Source of the DNA: an uncultured Verrucomicrobiae bacterium
GTDB lineage: Bacteria > Verrucomicrobiota > Verrucomicrobiia > Chthoniobacterales > Chthoniobacteraceae
Reading direction: 5' to 3'
Length of the DNA: 64,000 bases
Assembly (NCBI GenBank): GCA_963836755.1
Contig: CAWIKF010000002.1
Span: 1,536,001 to 1,600,000, forward strand
Every line of letters begins with the position of its first letter. The first letter of the stretch is position 1. The position numbers and the translations under genes are program-made. This document shows, in pieces, positions 32,664 through 43,339 of the stretch. Below the pieces are notes generated by a model, which was given only the letters and a program-made list of their open reading frames with translations, had not been told where the DNA came from and did not search any database.

Positions 32664-33221
32664 ATGAATCGACTTCCCATTTTTGCACTTTCGCTTTTCG
32701 CGCTCGCAGCCACCGGCTTGAGCCGCGATGACTACGCAATTACAAAAGTCCAGCCGGCGGTGGTGCAGACGCCTGAGATTCAATTCACCGGCACGCAGCA
32801 TCGTAGCGGACGCGCGGAGCAATGGCTCGAGGTCGAAGTGCAGTTTCAATCGAATGTCGATATGACCGACGAGCTGACTTTTAAATATTACATTTTGCTT
32901 GCTGGCAAATGTCTCACCGGCGAGGTCACACACGTAAACGTGCCGCGCGGCCGGGATCTTTACTCGGTCATGTATGTCAGCCCGCGCACCCTGGCGCGCG
33001 TGCTCGAGGGCCATTCGATGAACGCTCAGGCGATCGAGAATGCGGGCGTGCAGATTTTGTTTAAAGGGCAGCTCGTCGCGGAAAAAAGTTTCAAGGAAGC
33101 TGGCGGGGAATGGTGGCAGAAGATGCAGCAGATTCCCGGGCTCGTGTTAAACAAAAACCAAACACCTTTCTCACCTTTGTATTGGGACCGCTACGAGGCG
33201 ATCAAGGCTGATACGCACTGA
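32664..33221 (+). CDS. Amuc_1102-family pilus-associated secreted protein
   Basis: Signal peptide; WLEVEV…LTGEVTHVNVP…TPFSPLYWDRYE; first gene of the operon. Confidence 0.75.
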   Translation: MNRLPIFALSLFALAATGLSRDDYAITKVQPAVVQTPEIQFTGTQHRSGRAEQWLEVEVQFQSNVDMTDELTFKYYILLAGKCLTGEVTHVNVPRGRDLYSVMYVSPRTLARVLEGHSMNAQAIENAGVQILFKGQLVAEKSFKEAGGEWWQKMQQIPGLVLNKNQTPFSPLYWDRYEAIKADTH

Positions 33222-33257
33222 TTCGTTTTTCCCTGGGCTTTACTTTTCCGTCCTGAA

Positions 33258-34994
33258 GTGGCTGCTCCTCCGCGCATCATCAGCTTAAATCTCGGCATGC
33301 AGACCTTGGGTCTGGCCGAGTTCCGCACGAATTCCACCGGTGGTCTGGTGCTGAATAATTTCAAGCTCACCGAGCTGCTCGCCGACCCGGCCGCGGAGGG
33401 CTCGCGGCTCGCGCAGATGAAGCTGACGGTGACCGAGATGGTGCAGGGGATGAAAGTTGGCGGCGAGCGCGTCAATTATTCGATCCCGGCTCAATCGGTC
33501 TTCACGCGCTTCGTCAAACTTCCTTCCGTCGGCGTGGAAAAAGTTGACCAGATCATCACATTTGAGGCGCAGCAGAATGTTCCTTTTCCGATCGACGAAG
33601 TCGTGTGGGATTACCAGCTCGTCGGCGGTGAAGAAAATAAAATGGAGGTCGTGCTCGTCGCGATCAAAGCCGACTTGCTTGATGGGCTGAACGACACGGT
33701 CGAGGCGAGCGGGCTGAAAACAAACGTTGTCGATGTGGCGCCGATGGCGCTCTACAATGCGTTTCGCTACAACTACAGCGACATGAGCGGCTGCTCGCTT
33801 TTGATCGATATTGGCTCGCGCACGACGAACCTGATTTTTGTCGAGCCGAACAAAGTTTTCAGTCGCAGCATACCGATCGGCGGCAGCACGATCACCGCAG
33901 CCGTCGCGAAGGATTTCAACGAAGCGTTCGGCGCGTCCGAGGAAAAGAAAAAAGCAGTCGGATTCGTTTCACTCGGCGGAGCTTATGCCGAGCCGAGCGA
34001 TCCCGATGTAGCACGCGTTTCAAAAATGGTCCGCAACACGATGACGCGTTTGCACGCGGAGATTTCGCGCTCGATTTCGTTTTATCGCGCGCAGCAAGCG
34101 GGCAGTCAGCCCGCGCGGGTATTCCTGGCAGGCGGGAGCACGAGCCTGCCTTATATGCGCGAATTTTTTCACGAGAAACTGCAGTTGCCGATCGAGTTTT
34201 TCAATCCGCTGCGAAACGTGTCCGTCGGCAGTCAGGTCAATCTCGAGGAAGCCGGAAAGAGCGCGCACGTGCTGGGCGAATTGGTGGGATTGAGCCTGCG
34301 CTCGATCAGCGAATGCCCGATGGAGCTGAATCTCCAGCCGGCCAGCGTGGTGAAGGCGCACAAGCTCGCCGAGAAGAGACCTTACGTGGTGCTCGCGGGA
34401 TTGTGCGTGCTGCTTTCGCTCGCGGGCTGGTGGCTCTATTTTCAACGTGCGGCACAAGTGGAAACGATTGTGGATGCCCAGCTCGCGGAAAAAATCGCGC
34501 CGCTCAAGCAAAAGGAAACGCAGTTTGCAGCTCTGCGAAAAGAAATTGAGGCCGAGCAAGAGACTGCTGCGCCATATTTGCAGGCCGTGCAGGAGCGGGG
34601 CTATTGGGTGTCGGTGCTCAATGATTTCAACGCAAGGTTGCCGGAGCGCTTTATTTGGATCACGACGTTCGAGCCCGTGACGTTCACGGGCACAACAGCA
34701 ACGCCTTTAATGTCTGCGGAAGGGCCTGCAGTCAGGGTTGCGGAGCCAGCAGCGGCGAGACCCAATGCCCGTGGCGCTGCGGCTGGGAAACCTGTTTTCG
34801 GAGTGCGGCTGCACGGATTATATCTCGAGAATACGAACGAAGCTGGAGTGGTTGATTTATTCGAAAAAAATCTCCAGCAATCGCCTTTCGTGAGCAAAGT
34901 CACCGTCGCCGTGCGCGCGACGCCGACGCAAACGGAGTGGGCCTATGATTACGAGCTGCACGTGGAGTTGAAGGAAGGGATCAATCCGCAATGA
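33258..34994 (+). CDS. pilM: Amuc_1101-family PilM-like protein with PilN-like C-terminal extension
   Basis: FTRFVKLP, EAQQNVPFP, DIGSRTTN and EISRSISFY; TM plus coiled coil C-terminally. Confidence 0.85.
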   Translation: MAAPPRIISLNLGMQTLGLAEFRTNSTGGLVLNNFKLTELLADPAAEGSRLAQMKLTVTEMVQGMKVGGERVNYSIPAQSVFTRFVKLPSVGVEKVDQIITFEAQQNVPFPIDEVVWDYQLVGGEENKMEVVLVAIKADLLDGLNDTVEASGLKTNVVDVAPMALYNAFRYNYSDMSGCSLLIDIGSRTTNLIFVEPNKVFSRSIPIGGSTITAAVAKDFNEAFGASEEKKKAVGFVSLGGAYAEPSDPDVARVSKMVRNTMTRLHAEISRSISFYRAQQAGSQPARVFLAGGSTSLPYMREFFHEKLQLPIEFFNPLRNVSVGSQVNLEEAGKSAHVLGELVGLSLRSISECPMELNLQPASVVKAHKLAEKRPYVVLAGLCVLLSLAGWWLYFQRAAQVETIVDAQLAEKIAPLKQKETQFAALRKEIEAEQETAAPYLQAVQERGYWVSVLNDFNARLPERFIWITTFEPVTFTGTTATPLMSAEGPAVRVAEPAAARPNARGAAAGKPVFGVRLHGLYLENTNEAGVVDLFEKNLQQSPFVSKVTVAVRATPTQTEWAYDYELHVELKEGINPQ

Positions 34995-35968
34995 CCTGGA
35001 TTCGCGAAAACAAATTCCTCACCGTTTTCTTCGCGCTGCTTTTCGTTGGCATCGTCGCATTTGGCTATCTTCTTTACACCGCGTCCGGCAGTTACAGCGA
35101 CGTCTCCGACAAATACAATCAGCAGGCTGCGGAGCTGCGGCGGCTGCAAAATCTCGCGCCATATCCTGACCAGGAAAATCTGCGGAAGATGCGCGAGGAC
35201 AAAGATGCTTACGCGGCGAAGGTGACCCAATTGCAGAAGGGGCTAGCGGCGCAGGAATTTCCGCTGGAGCCGCTCACGCCGGAGCAGTTTCAGGATCGAT
35301 TGCGCTCGACCGTTTCGCAGGTGGTCGGAAGTGCGAATGCGAGCGGAGTCAAACTTCCGGAAAAATTCTACATGGGCTTCGATGTCTATCAAACCTCGCT
35401 GCCAAAAGCCGCCGCCGCTGCACCTCTCGGGCGACAATTGCGCGCGATCGAATTTGTGGTGCGCCAATTGTTTGAAGCAAAAGTTGGCTCGCTCGTTACC
35501 TTGTCGCGCACGCCGTTGCCCGAGGAGGGCGGCGCACCCGCGCCGGGTGCCGCGCCTGCGAGCGGCGGAGGCGGTCGCGGCGGTCGCGGCCGCGGACCAG
35601 TGGCAGCGGCTTCTGAAAAAAGTTTGGTGAGCAAGAGCACGTTCGAAATCGCATTCATCACCGAGCAGCCGCGTTTCCGGAAATGGATTAATGATATCTC
35701 GAGCGCGAAGGAACAGTTTTACATCGTCCGTTTATTCACGGTCAAAAACGAAAATCCAGCAGCGCCTTTGCGCGTGGACAACTCAGTCGTCGAGCCGACT
35801 CCAGCGGCCGCCGCACCGCAACCCGCTGCTGCTGCTGCTGCTCCAAACGGAAAGCCTTCGGAAGCCGGTGGAGGAATGCTGAAGTTCATAGTAGGCACGG
35901 AAAAAATCGCCGTGACCGCGAAAGTCGAAATCCTTGATTTCTCCGCGCCAGAGTCCGCGCAAAAATAA
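34991..35968 (+). CDS. Amuc_1100-family pilus-like protein
   Basis: MTWIRENKFL N-terminal TM, PEQFQDRL and FYMGFDVY; operon position. Confidence 0.8.
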   Translation: MTWIRENKFLTVFFALLFVGIVAFGYLLYTASGSYSDVSDKYNQQAAELRRLQNLAPYPDQENLRKMREDKDAYAAKVTQLQKGLAAQEFPLEPLTPEQFQDRLRSTVSQVVGSANASGVKLPEKFYMGFDVYQTSLPKAAAAAPLGRQLRAIEFVVRQLFEAKVGSLVTLSRTPLPEEGGAPAPGAAPASGGGGRGGRGRGPVAAASEKSLVSKSTFEIAFITEQPRFRKWINDISSAKEQFYIVRLFTVKNENPAAPLRVDNSVVEPTPAAAAPQPAAAAAAPNGKPSEAGGGMLKFIVGTEKIAVTAKVEILDFSAPESAQK

Positions 35969-35973
35969 CGCAC

Positions 35974-36936
35974 ATGGACTGGATCAAAAAAAATTACGAC
36001 CAGGCGGCGCTGTTGTTCGTCGCATTGATTTTGCTGGGGATGTCCGCATGGCTTTTTCTCGTCGCGCGGGATTTTGATCAGACCTTCGCGAGCATCAGCG
36101 GACAGGTGGGGCACAACAATAATATCCCGGCGATTCACAACGAAGCGATCGAGAGTGCCGATGCCTCGCTTGCGAAGCCCGCGGTCTGGAGTGGCCATCC
36201 CGGTTCCTTGTTTGTCTCTGACAAATATATCGTAAAGAATGGCCATCTGCTCGATCCGCGCAACAGCGCCGAAATGCTGCATCCGCCGGTCCCGAATGAA
36301 TGGTTCTTCGACCACGGTCTCGACATTCTGGACACAAAAGTTCTTGCCGACGATCCAGACGGCGACGGCTTCAGTAACCTCGATGAATTCAACGGCAAGA
36401 CCGATCCGCAAAACAAAACTTCGCATCCGCCATATTTGACGAAGTTGCGTCTCGCACGGGCGATCCAGCAGCCATTCCGACTGTTGTTTAACGCTTATGA
36501 TGGCGACCCGACAAAGCCCGATACGCTGACTTTTCAGATCAACACGGTCGATGTGAAACAGCCTTCGCAGTTTTTAAAGCTTAACGACCCGATTGCCGGA
36601 ACGAAATTTAAGATCATCAAATTTGAGGCGAAAAAAATGCTCAATTCCAGCACGGGCGTGAATCAGGACGTTTCCGAATTGACCGTGGAAAACAACGAAA
36701 CTCACGAGGACGTGGTCCTCGTGCTCGAGAAAATCGTCAACTCGCCCGACTCCTACGCGTTGTTTAAATATCTGTTCGACGGGACAGAGTTTGCCGTTAA
36801 AAAGAATAAAACATTCTCGCTGAAGCAGGAACCCGATGTCGTCTACAAATTAGTTGACATCAATGACAGCCAAGCGGTAATCGAGAACGTCAAAACGAAC
36901 GAGCAAATCAAGGTGCCGAAGCTCGAAAATCCTTGA
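35974..36936 (+). CDS. Amuc_1099-family pilus system protein
   Basis: MDWIKKNYD, HPPVPNEW and DPDGDGFSNLDEF…TDP Ca-binding-like motif. Confidence 0.78.
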   Translation: MDWIKKNYDQAALLFVALILLGMSAWLFLVARDFDQTFASISGQVGHNNNIPAIHNEAIESADASLAKPAVWSGHPGSLFVSDKYIVKNGHLLDPRNSAEMLHPPVPNEWFFDHGLDILDTKVLADDPDGDGFSNLDEFNGKTDPQNKTSHPPYLTKLRLARAIQQPFRLLFNAYDGDPTKPDTLTFQINTVDVKQPSQFLKLNDPIAGTKFKIIKFEAKKMLNSSTGVNQDVSELTVENNETHEDVVLVLEKIVNSPDSYALFKYLFDGTEFAVKKNKTFSLKQEPDVVYKLVDINDSQAVIENVKTNEQIKVPKLENP

Positions 36937-36979
36937 TGCGGCAGCGGAAAAAAGTTAGTTCACCAACCTCCTAAATTAC

Positions 36980-39667
36980 ATGAACAAAAAGTTCCCTCTC
37001 ATTCCCTGCCTTCTGGCAGCGGGCATTACGTCGCCTCTCCTGGCGGGCACTTACCAACAAACCACAACACGCACCGAAATAAGCGGTGGCGTCGAAGGCG
37101 TGGCAGAACGCGAGCTGGCCCGCAAACAGGAAGATGTCAATCGCGCGCGCGATTTGATCAAGGCGGGAGACAAGGCGATGAAGGAGCGCGATTTTGAGAC
37201 TGCGTTTGCTTCCTATAAAGCGGCGTGCGACCTGCTGACGGATTCCGCCGCGACTCATCGGATGCGCAGCGAGGCGCTCGATGGATTTTGCCAGGCGGCT
37301 TGCAACCTCGCGGAGCAGCGGATCAGCGAAGGCCGCTTTGCCGACGCACAAACGACCGCACAGGCAGTGCTCGATGAAAGATACGATCCGCATTGCCACC
37401 GCGCCATCGTCCTTCTCGCGCATCTGGAGGATCCCGATTACTACAACAGGACCGTCACTCCGAAGTTCCGCGGCGATGTCGAAGAAGTTAAGAAGTTGTT
37501 TAAAGAAGCGGACGGATTTTATGAAACAGGGCGCTACGACATGGCATACAAGCGCTACGAGCAGATCCTAAATTACGATCCTTACAATATCGCAGCGCGC
37601 AAAGGTCAGGAAAAAGTGAATAAGGCGCGCGACGATTACGCGGTCGAAGGTTACAACCACACGCGGTCTTACATGACCTGGCAGATCGACAAAGCGTGGG
37701 ATCGCCCCGTGCGGAAGTTTGGTCTGCGTGAAGGCACGGTCATTGAAAGTCAGCGAACTGATATTCGAGGCACGGAGGCCATCTCCAACAAGCTCAACAG
37801 AATTATCATTCCGAAAATTGAGTTCCGAGACGCGACAGTCCGCGAGGCGATCGATTTCTTGAAGCAGAAAAGCCGCGAACTGGACACAGATCCGGATCCC
37901 ACGAAGCGTGGCGTGAACATCGTGCTGAAGCTTGAAAGCGCCAGCACTGGCCCCGTCGCAGCTGCCGCTGCAGCGCCCGCTGCTCCTCAAGCTGCAGTCA
38001 TCCCCGGCCTCGAAGCCGCACCCGCGGCGGCGCCTGCCGCTGGGGCTGCTGCTGCCGCTCCCTCGATCAACCCGGGTGACGTGCGCATCACGCTTTCGCT
38101 GTCGAACATTCCTTTGATGGAAGCGCTGCGATACATCACGAATCTGGCAAATCTGAAGGTGAAAATTGATCCTTATGCGGTTGCCATTGTTCCGATCACG
38201 GAAAATACCGAAGCGCTGGTTACAAAGGAATACAAAGTTCCGCCGAGTCTCTTCACGAGTTCCCCGGGCGCGGCTACTTCCAGCGCCCTGAGCCAGGGGG
38301 CAACGCGTGTCGGTGGTGGTGGCGGCGGTGGTGGCGCAAGTGATACGACAAAAGGCGGCCAAAGCATCGCCACCCGCGCCAACGCGCGTGAAATTTTGGA
38401 AGCGCAAGGTGTGCAATTCCCGCAGGGCGCGAGCGCAAACTATCTGCCGAGCAGTAGCAAGCTGGTCGTGCGCAATACGCAGGAAAATCTCGACCTTGTC
38501 GATACGCTCGTGGATGCGCTGATCGGCGCGGCTCCGACGCAGGTGGAGATTGAGTCAAAGTTTGTCGAGATCACGCAGGATAATTTGAAGGAGCTTGGCT
38601 TCGATGTTCTTCTTGGCCAGCAAAACATTCCCGGCTCGAAAGTGTTCCTTGCTGGTGGAACCACCGGAACCGGCACGCCAGTAGATCAAGCGAATTTTCC
38701 GCTCCCGATAGGCAGCGGCGGGTTGATTGAGCAGCCTGTAACCAGCGGTATTCGCAGCGGCACCACAGCCATCAGTGCGAATGCAATTGACGCCTTGCTT
38801 TTCCCGAGCAGTGGAGCCAGCGCGCTCGCGCCCGGTATCTTGGGCATCGGCAGCACGTTGACCGACCCCACATTTCAGATCGTCATCCGTGCCCTGAATC
38901 AAAAGAAGGGCGTGGATCTGCTTTCGGCGCCGCGGGTCACGACTAAAAGTGGCCAACGTGCCGTCATCGAAATCATTCGCGAGTTCCGTTATCCCACCGA
39001 ATTTGATCCGCCGCAAATCCCGCAGAATTTCGGAAACGGCGGCATCACCACGGTCAGCGCCACCGGCGCGCTCACTGGAGGCGGCACGGGCGCATTCCCG
39101 GTCACGCCGACTACTCCCACCGCATTTGAAACCCGAAACACCGGCGTCACGCTCGAAGTTGAGCCGACCGTCGGCCCTGATGGCTACACGATCGATTTGA
39201 ATCTTGTGCCGCAGGTTGTCGAGTTTGAGGGCTTCATCAATTATGGCAGCCCGATCAAAACAATCAGCCCTGCCAGCGTGCTCCTCGGAGGAGGTTCTGC
39301 TTCGGTCACACTGACCGATAACGTTATCAATCAGCCGATTTTCAGCACCCGCAAAGTCACAACCAGCGTCAGCGTCTGGGATGGACAAACCGTCGTCTTG
39401 GGCGGACTCATGCGTGAGGATGTCCAAAAGGTTGAGGACAAAGTGCCGATTCTTGGTGACATCCCGCTGTTGGGGCGGTTTTTCCGTTCTAACGTCGATC
39501 AACATTTGAAGCGGAACCTCATCATTTTTGTCTCCGCTCGCTTGATTAATCCCGCGGGTGAAACCGTGCAGCAAGACGAGGAGAAGGAAGAAGTTGTCGA
39601 GCCGATTGGCTTGCCGCAGCCTCCCGCGAATCCGCCGATGCCGGAATCGCCACTCTTTCAAAAATAG
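36980..39667 (+). CDS. Amuc_1098-family secretin (PilQ/GspD-like) with N-terminal TPR
   Basis: QVEIESKFVE, LSAPRVTT, RNTGVTLEVEP and DKVPILGDIPLLGRFF. Confidence 0.92.
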   Translation: MNKKFPLIPCLLAAGITSPLLAGTYQQTTTRTEISGGVEGVAERELARKQEDVNRARDLIKAGDKAMKERDFETAFASYKAACDLLTDSAATHRMRSEALDGFCQAACNLAEQRISEGRFADAQTTAQAVLDERYDPHCHRAIVLLAHLEDPDYYNRTVTPKFRGDVEEVKKLFKEADGFYETGRYDMAYKRYEQILNYDPYNIAARKGQEKVNKARDDYAVEGYNHTRSYMTWQIDKAWDRPVRKFGLREGTVIESQRTDIRGTEAISNKLNRIIIPKIEFRDATVREAIDFLKQKSRELDTDPDPTKRGVNIVLKLESASTGPVAAAAAAPAAPQAAVIPGLEAAPAAAPAAGAAAAAPSINPGDVRITLSLSNIPLMEALRYITNLANLKVKIDPYAVAIVPITENTEALVTKEYKVPPSLFTSSPGAATSSALSQGATRVGGGGGGGGASDTTKGGQSIATRANAREILEAQGVQFPQGASANYLPSSSKLVVRNTQENLDLVDTLVDALIGAAPTQVEIESKFVEITQDNLKELGFDVLLGQQNIPGSKVFLAGGTTGTGTPVDQANFPLPIGSGGLIEQPVTSGIRSGTTAISANAIDALLFPSSGASALAPGILGIGSTLTDPTFQIVIRALNQKKGVDLLSAPRVTTKSGQRAVIEIIREFRYPTEFDPPQIPQNFGNGGITTVSATGALTGGGTGAFPVTPTTPTAFETRNTGVTLEVEPTVGPDGYTIDLNLVPQVVEFEGFINYGSPIKTISPASVLLGGGSASVTLTDNVINQPIFSTRKVTTSVSVWDGQTVVLGGLMREDVQKVEDKVPILGDIPLLGRFFRSNVDQHLKRNLIIFVSARLINPAGETVQQDEEKEEVVEPIGLPQPPANPPMPESPLFQK

Positions 39668-39675
39668 CGAATCGA

Positions 39676-40278
39676 GTGCCCGTTCTCGGAATAACGGGCG
39701 GAATCGCGACCGGCAAAACATCTTTTACCCAAGCGTTAACGCTGGCTCTGCACGGCGAAGTTTTCGACGCTGACGCCTGTGCGCATGATTTGCTGGCACG
39801 GGATGCGACCGTGCGGGAATCTGTGCGTGAGCATCTTGGAAATCGCATATTCGACGAGACAGGACAAATCAATCGCGCCACATTGCGGACAATCGTGTTT
39901 GAAGATGAAAGACAACGCAGCTGGCTCGAGGCGATTCTGCATCCGATGATCCGTGAGCGCTGGCTCAAATTGGCTGCAACTTTTTCCCAGAAGACGCAGT
40001 GGCTTTTTGTCGATATTCCGCTCTTGTTTGAGACCGCGGCGGAAAAATACTTCACGACAGTCGTCGTCGTGGCTTGTTCAGATGCGACTCAGCGGCAGCG
40101 CCTCGCGTGCGCGCGTCAAATTCCAGATCACCTCGCCGAGAAAATCATCGCTGTGCAAATGCCGCTCGCACAAAAGATCAACCGAGCAAATCATCTGATT
40201 TGGAACGAAGGCTCGGCTGGATCACTCGCCACACAAGCCGCACTATTTGGGAACTATCTGACTGCGCGATATGGATGA
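39676..40278 (+). CDS. coaE: Dephospho-CoA kinase
   Basis: GITGGIATGKT, LEAILHPMI and DIPLLFE. Confidence 0.92.
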   Translation: MPVLGITGGIATGKTSFTQALTLALHGEVFDADACAHDLLARDATVRESVREHLGNRIFDETGQINRATLRTIVFEDERQRSWLEAILHPMIRERWLKLAATFSQKTQWLFVDIPLLFETAAEKYFTTVVVVACSDATQRQRLACARQIPDHLAEKIIAVQMPLAQKINRANHLIWNEGSAGSLATQAALFGNYLTARYG

Positions 40279-41569
40279 GACTTCGGTAGCGGAAGTAATC
40301 ACTGCTGTGCCGGCGCGTCTTGAGGTTCGCGAATTGCACGCTGAGCCGCTCGCGCAATTGCTGGGGCGCGCGCAGGAAATCCGGCTGCGCCTGAATCCGG
40401 AGCGGACGCGGCACCAGATCATCCTGGATCTGCTGCGCGCGTATGCGGAGCGTGGCACAAACATTTTCGCCGAGGGAGTCGTCGAGATTAGCGAGCAAAA
40501 ATCTGTCCTGCGCTGGCCCGGACAGAATTTTCGTCCGGGACCGGAGGACCCGGTGGTTCCATTCAACCTGATGAAGCAGTTTGGATTGCAAAACGGTAAT
40601 TTGATCTCCGCGCGTCTCCATTCCTTGCAGGATCGCGAGAGGCTGATGGTCGTGGATGAAGTTTTGGAAATTGAAGGCATCCCAGCGGATGAATGGACGC
40701 CGCCGAAAAACTTCGAGCAATTGACGGCTCTTTTTCCCGACCAGCGCATCATTTTGGAAAATGACAAAACGCACTCGATCAGCGCGCGGGCAGTGGACTT
40801 GATCACGCCGCTCGGCCGCGGTCAGCGCGCGTTGATCGTGGCTCCGCCGCGGACTGGCAAAACCATTTTGCTCAAAGATATCGCGCAGGCCATTCGCGCG
40901 GGATCTCCGGAGACGCACTTGATTTTGCTGCTCGTCGACGAACGACCCGAGGAGGTCACCGATCTCAAGCGCAGCGTCGACGCGGATATTTTTTCATCGA
41001 CATTCGATGAAGCGCCGTCGCGTCACGTGCAAGTCGCGGAGCTGGTGAGCGAGCGCGCGAAGCGCCTGGTGGAGCAAAAAAAACACGTGGTTATTTTGCT
41101 CGACAGCATCACGCGGCTCGCGCGCGGTTACAACGCGCTGCAGCCGGGGCGCGGACGGACGATGTCCGGCGGCGTGGACGCGCAGGCTTTGACGAAGCCA
41201 AAAAAGTTTTTTAGCTCTGCGCGCAATGTTGAAGAAGGCGGCAGCCTCACGGTCATCGCCACAGCGCTCGTCGAGACGGAGAGCCGCATGGATGAAGTGA
41301 TTTTCGAAGAGTTCAAGGGCACGGGAAACATGGAGTTGCATCTCGATCGTGAGATGGTCGAGCGCCGGATTTTTCCGGCAATCCATGTTTTGAAATCCGG
41401 CACGCGCCGCGAAGAGTTGCTCTATCATCCCGACGAATTTGCGCGCATCCAGATCCTGCGCCGGCAATTGGCGGAATTGCCTTCCATCGAGGCGATGGAG
41501 CTTCTGGTCGAGAATATTCGGGCGACAAAATCGAACGCGGAACTTCTGCTGGCGGGGCTGCGCGGGTGA
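40271..41569 (+). CDS. rho: Transcription termination factor Rho (divergent N-terminal domain)
   Basis: [34 protein letters not shown] and FKGTGNMEL. Confidence 0.93.
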   Translation: MDETSVAEVITAVPARLEVRELHAEPLAQLLGRAQEIRLRLNPERTRHQIILDLLRAYAERGTNIFAEGVVEISEQKSVLRWPGQNFRPGPEDPVVPFNLMKQFGLQNGNLISARLHSLQDRERLMVVDEVLEIEGIPADEWTPPKNFEQLTALFPDQRIILENDKTHSISARAVDLITPLGRGQRALIVAPPRTGKTILLKDIAQAIRAGSPETHLILLLVDERPEEVTDLKRSVDADIFSSTFDEAPSRHVQVAELVSERAKRLVEQKKHVVILLDSITRLARGYNALQPGRGRTMSGGVDAQALTKPKKFFSSARNVEEGGSLTVIATALVETESRMDEVIFEEFKGTGNMELHLDREMVERRIFPAIHVLKSGTRREELLYHPDEFARIQILRRQLAELPSIEAMELLVENIRATKSNAELLLAGLRG

Positions 41570-42621
41570 TTGCCACCGATGCGGCGCTGGCCGCTTTTCT
41601 TCCCAGACTCGCCACAAGCGATCCGGTCGCAATCGACACGGAAGCTGACAGCCTGCACTGCTATTTTGAAAAATTATGCCTGATCCAGCTGAGCATGCCG
41701 GGCGAGGATTTGCTGATCGATCCGCTCGCGCGCATGGACCTCACGCCGCTCTTCGCGGAGCTTGCGCAAAAGCAGTTGATCCTGCACGGCGCGGACTACG
41801 ATTTGCGGCTCTTGCGGCGTGTGGGATTCACCGCGTCGCTCACGATTTTTGACACCATGATTGCCGCGCGGCTCACTGGTCATGCGGAATTCAGCCTCGC
41901 CGCGCTCATCGTGAAACATTTTGGCATCACGCTGACGAAAGGTTCGCAAAAAGCGAATTGGGCGCGCCGTCCGCTCTCGCCGCAGATGGAGGAATACGCG
42001 AAGAACGACACGCGTTTTTTAATCGAACTCGCCGAAAAATTGACGCGCGAGCTGCACGCGCTGGGCCGCTGGGAGTGGTTTCTGCAATCATGCCTGCGCG
42101 CGGTGGAAACAGCGCAGACTGATCGTGTGCGCGATGTCGAAAATGCGTGGCGCATCAATGGCAGCAAGGATCTTCGCGGTCGCGCCGCCGCGGTGCTGCG
42201 CGCTCTTTGGCAGTGGCGCGACGAAGAAGCGCGGGCGGTGGACCGGCCGCCGTTTCATATTTTGCAAAATGAAAAACTGATCGAGGCCGCGCAGCAATTT
42301 GACGCGGGCTCGCATGTTTCGGTCCCGCAGTTGCCGCATGCTCGCGCGCGCCGTTTCTACGCGGCTGCCGAGGCGGGGTTGCGACTGCCGGAAGCGGAAT
42401 GGCCGCAACCGTTGCGCAAAGCTCGGTCGCGGCCGAGTGTGGAGCAGGAACGTTTATTTAACAAATTGAAAACGCAGCGCGACCAGGCTGCGGTGGCATT
42501 GAAGCTGGACGCTTCGCTCATCGCGCCGAAGGCAATGCTGGAAGCGGTGGCGGCAGACCCGGAGACGGCATTGCCGCGATTGATGACGTGGCAGCGGAGC
42601 TTGATTGAGACGGCGATATAG
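41566..42621 (+). CDS. rnd: Ribonuclease D-like 3'-5' exonuclease with HRDC domain
   Basis: IDTEAD, HGADYD, FDTMIAA, NWARRPL and YAKND. Confidence 0.88.
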   Translation: MIATDAALAAFLPRLATSDPVAIDTEADSLHCYFEKLCLIQLSMPGEDLLIDPLARMDLTPLFAELAQKQLILHGADYDLRLLRRVGFTASLTIFDTMIAARLTGHAEFSLAALIVKHFGITLTKGSQKANWARRPLSPQMEEYAKNDTRFLIELAEKLTRELHALGRWEWFLQSCLRAVETAQTDRVRDVENAWRINGSKDLRGRAAAVLRALWQWRDEEARAVDRPPFHILQNEKLIEAAQQFDAGSHVSVPQLPHARARRFYAAAEAGLRLPEAEWPQPLRKARSRPSVEQERLFNKLKTQRDQAAVALKLDASLIAPKAMLEAVAADPETALPRLMTWQRSLIETAI

Positions 42622-42662
42622 TCTGCGACGTCGTTTTTCCGACGGGGTTTCACAGCACACTC

Positions 42663-43283
42663 ATGAACACTAAAAATGCTCTCCTCGCGGCGTCGCTTTC
42701 CTTTGCGTGTGCGACGCCGCTCTTCGCGCAGAACGAGCCGACTCTGTCGCCGTCTCCTCAGCAAAGTCCCGCGCATCAATGGGGCAGCGGGATGGATCAG
42801 GCGGACCGTGAGAAACTGAAGGCCGCGTTCACCAAAGCAATGCAAGACCCAAAAGTTCAAGCGGCGCAAGAGAAACAACAAGGGGCTGGGAAGGAGTTTC
42901 GCGACACCGTTCGTCCTTTGTTGATCACGGAAGATTCTTCGCTCGCGCCAATCCTCGAGAAAATGGAAAAGGCGGCGAGTGACGAGTCAGGCGCGAAAGA
43001 GCGCGGCGCTCAGGCCGGCGGATTCGCAGGCCGCGGCGGGATCATGCGGGCGATGGCAACTTTGACGCCGGACGAGCGACAGAAGCTCATGGCCGCGCAG
43101 CAAAAAATTAAGGAAAAGCCGGAAGTGAAGGCAGCGGAAGAAAAGCGGCGCGTGGCCTTGCAGCAATTTACCAAAACGCTACGCGAGGCAATGCTCGCAG
43201 CGGATCCGTCCGTCGCCCCGTTGCTCGATCAGATGGAGCAGGCTCGCGTCCAAGGCAACCATCGCGGCGGCGGCAACCAATAG
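42663..43283 (+). CDS. Secreted helical hypothetical protein with internal duplication
   Basis: Signal peptide; two similar segments, DREKLKAAFTKAMQDPKVQAA…APILEKM and ERQKLMAAQQKIKEKPEVKAA…APLLDQM. Confidence 0.75.
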   Translation: MNTKNALLAASLSFACATPLFAQNEPTLSPSPQQSPAHQWGSGMDQADREKLKAAFTKAMQDPKVQAAQEKQQGAGKEFRDTVRPLLITEDSSLAPILEKMEKAASDESGAKERGAQAGGFAGRGGIMRAMATLTPDERQKLMAAQQKIKEKPEVKAAEEKRRVALQQFTKTLREAMLAADPSVAPLLDQMEQARVQGNHRGGGNQ

Positions 43284-43302
43284 ATTGGGAAGTCTCAAAC
43301 GC

Positions 43303-43339
43303 AAGCGCACCGCTTTTTGCCGGCGGCGCGCTTCGTTTT
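43303..43339. terminator. Hairpin between convergent genes
   Basis: AAGCGCACCGC…GCGGCGCGCTT inverted repeat followed by CGTTTT. Confidence 0.4.

Noticed and set aside
37960..38340. Ala/Pro and Gly runs inside the secretin
   Set aside because: Ordinary flexible linkers with mixed codons; not a phase-variable tract.
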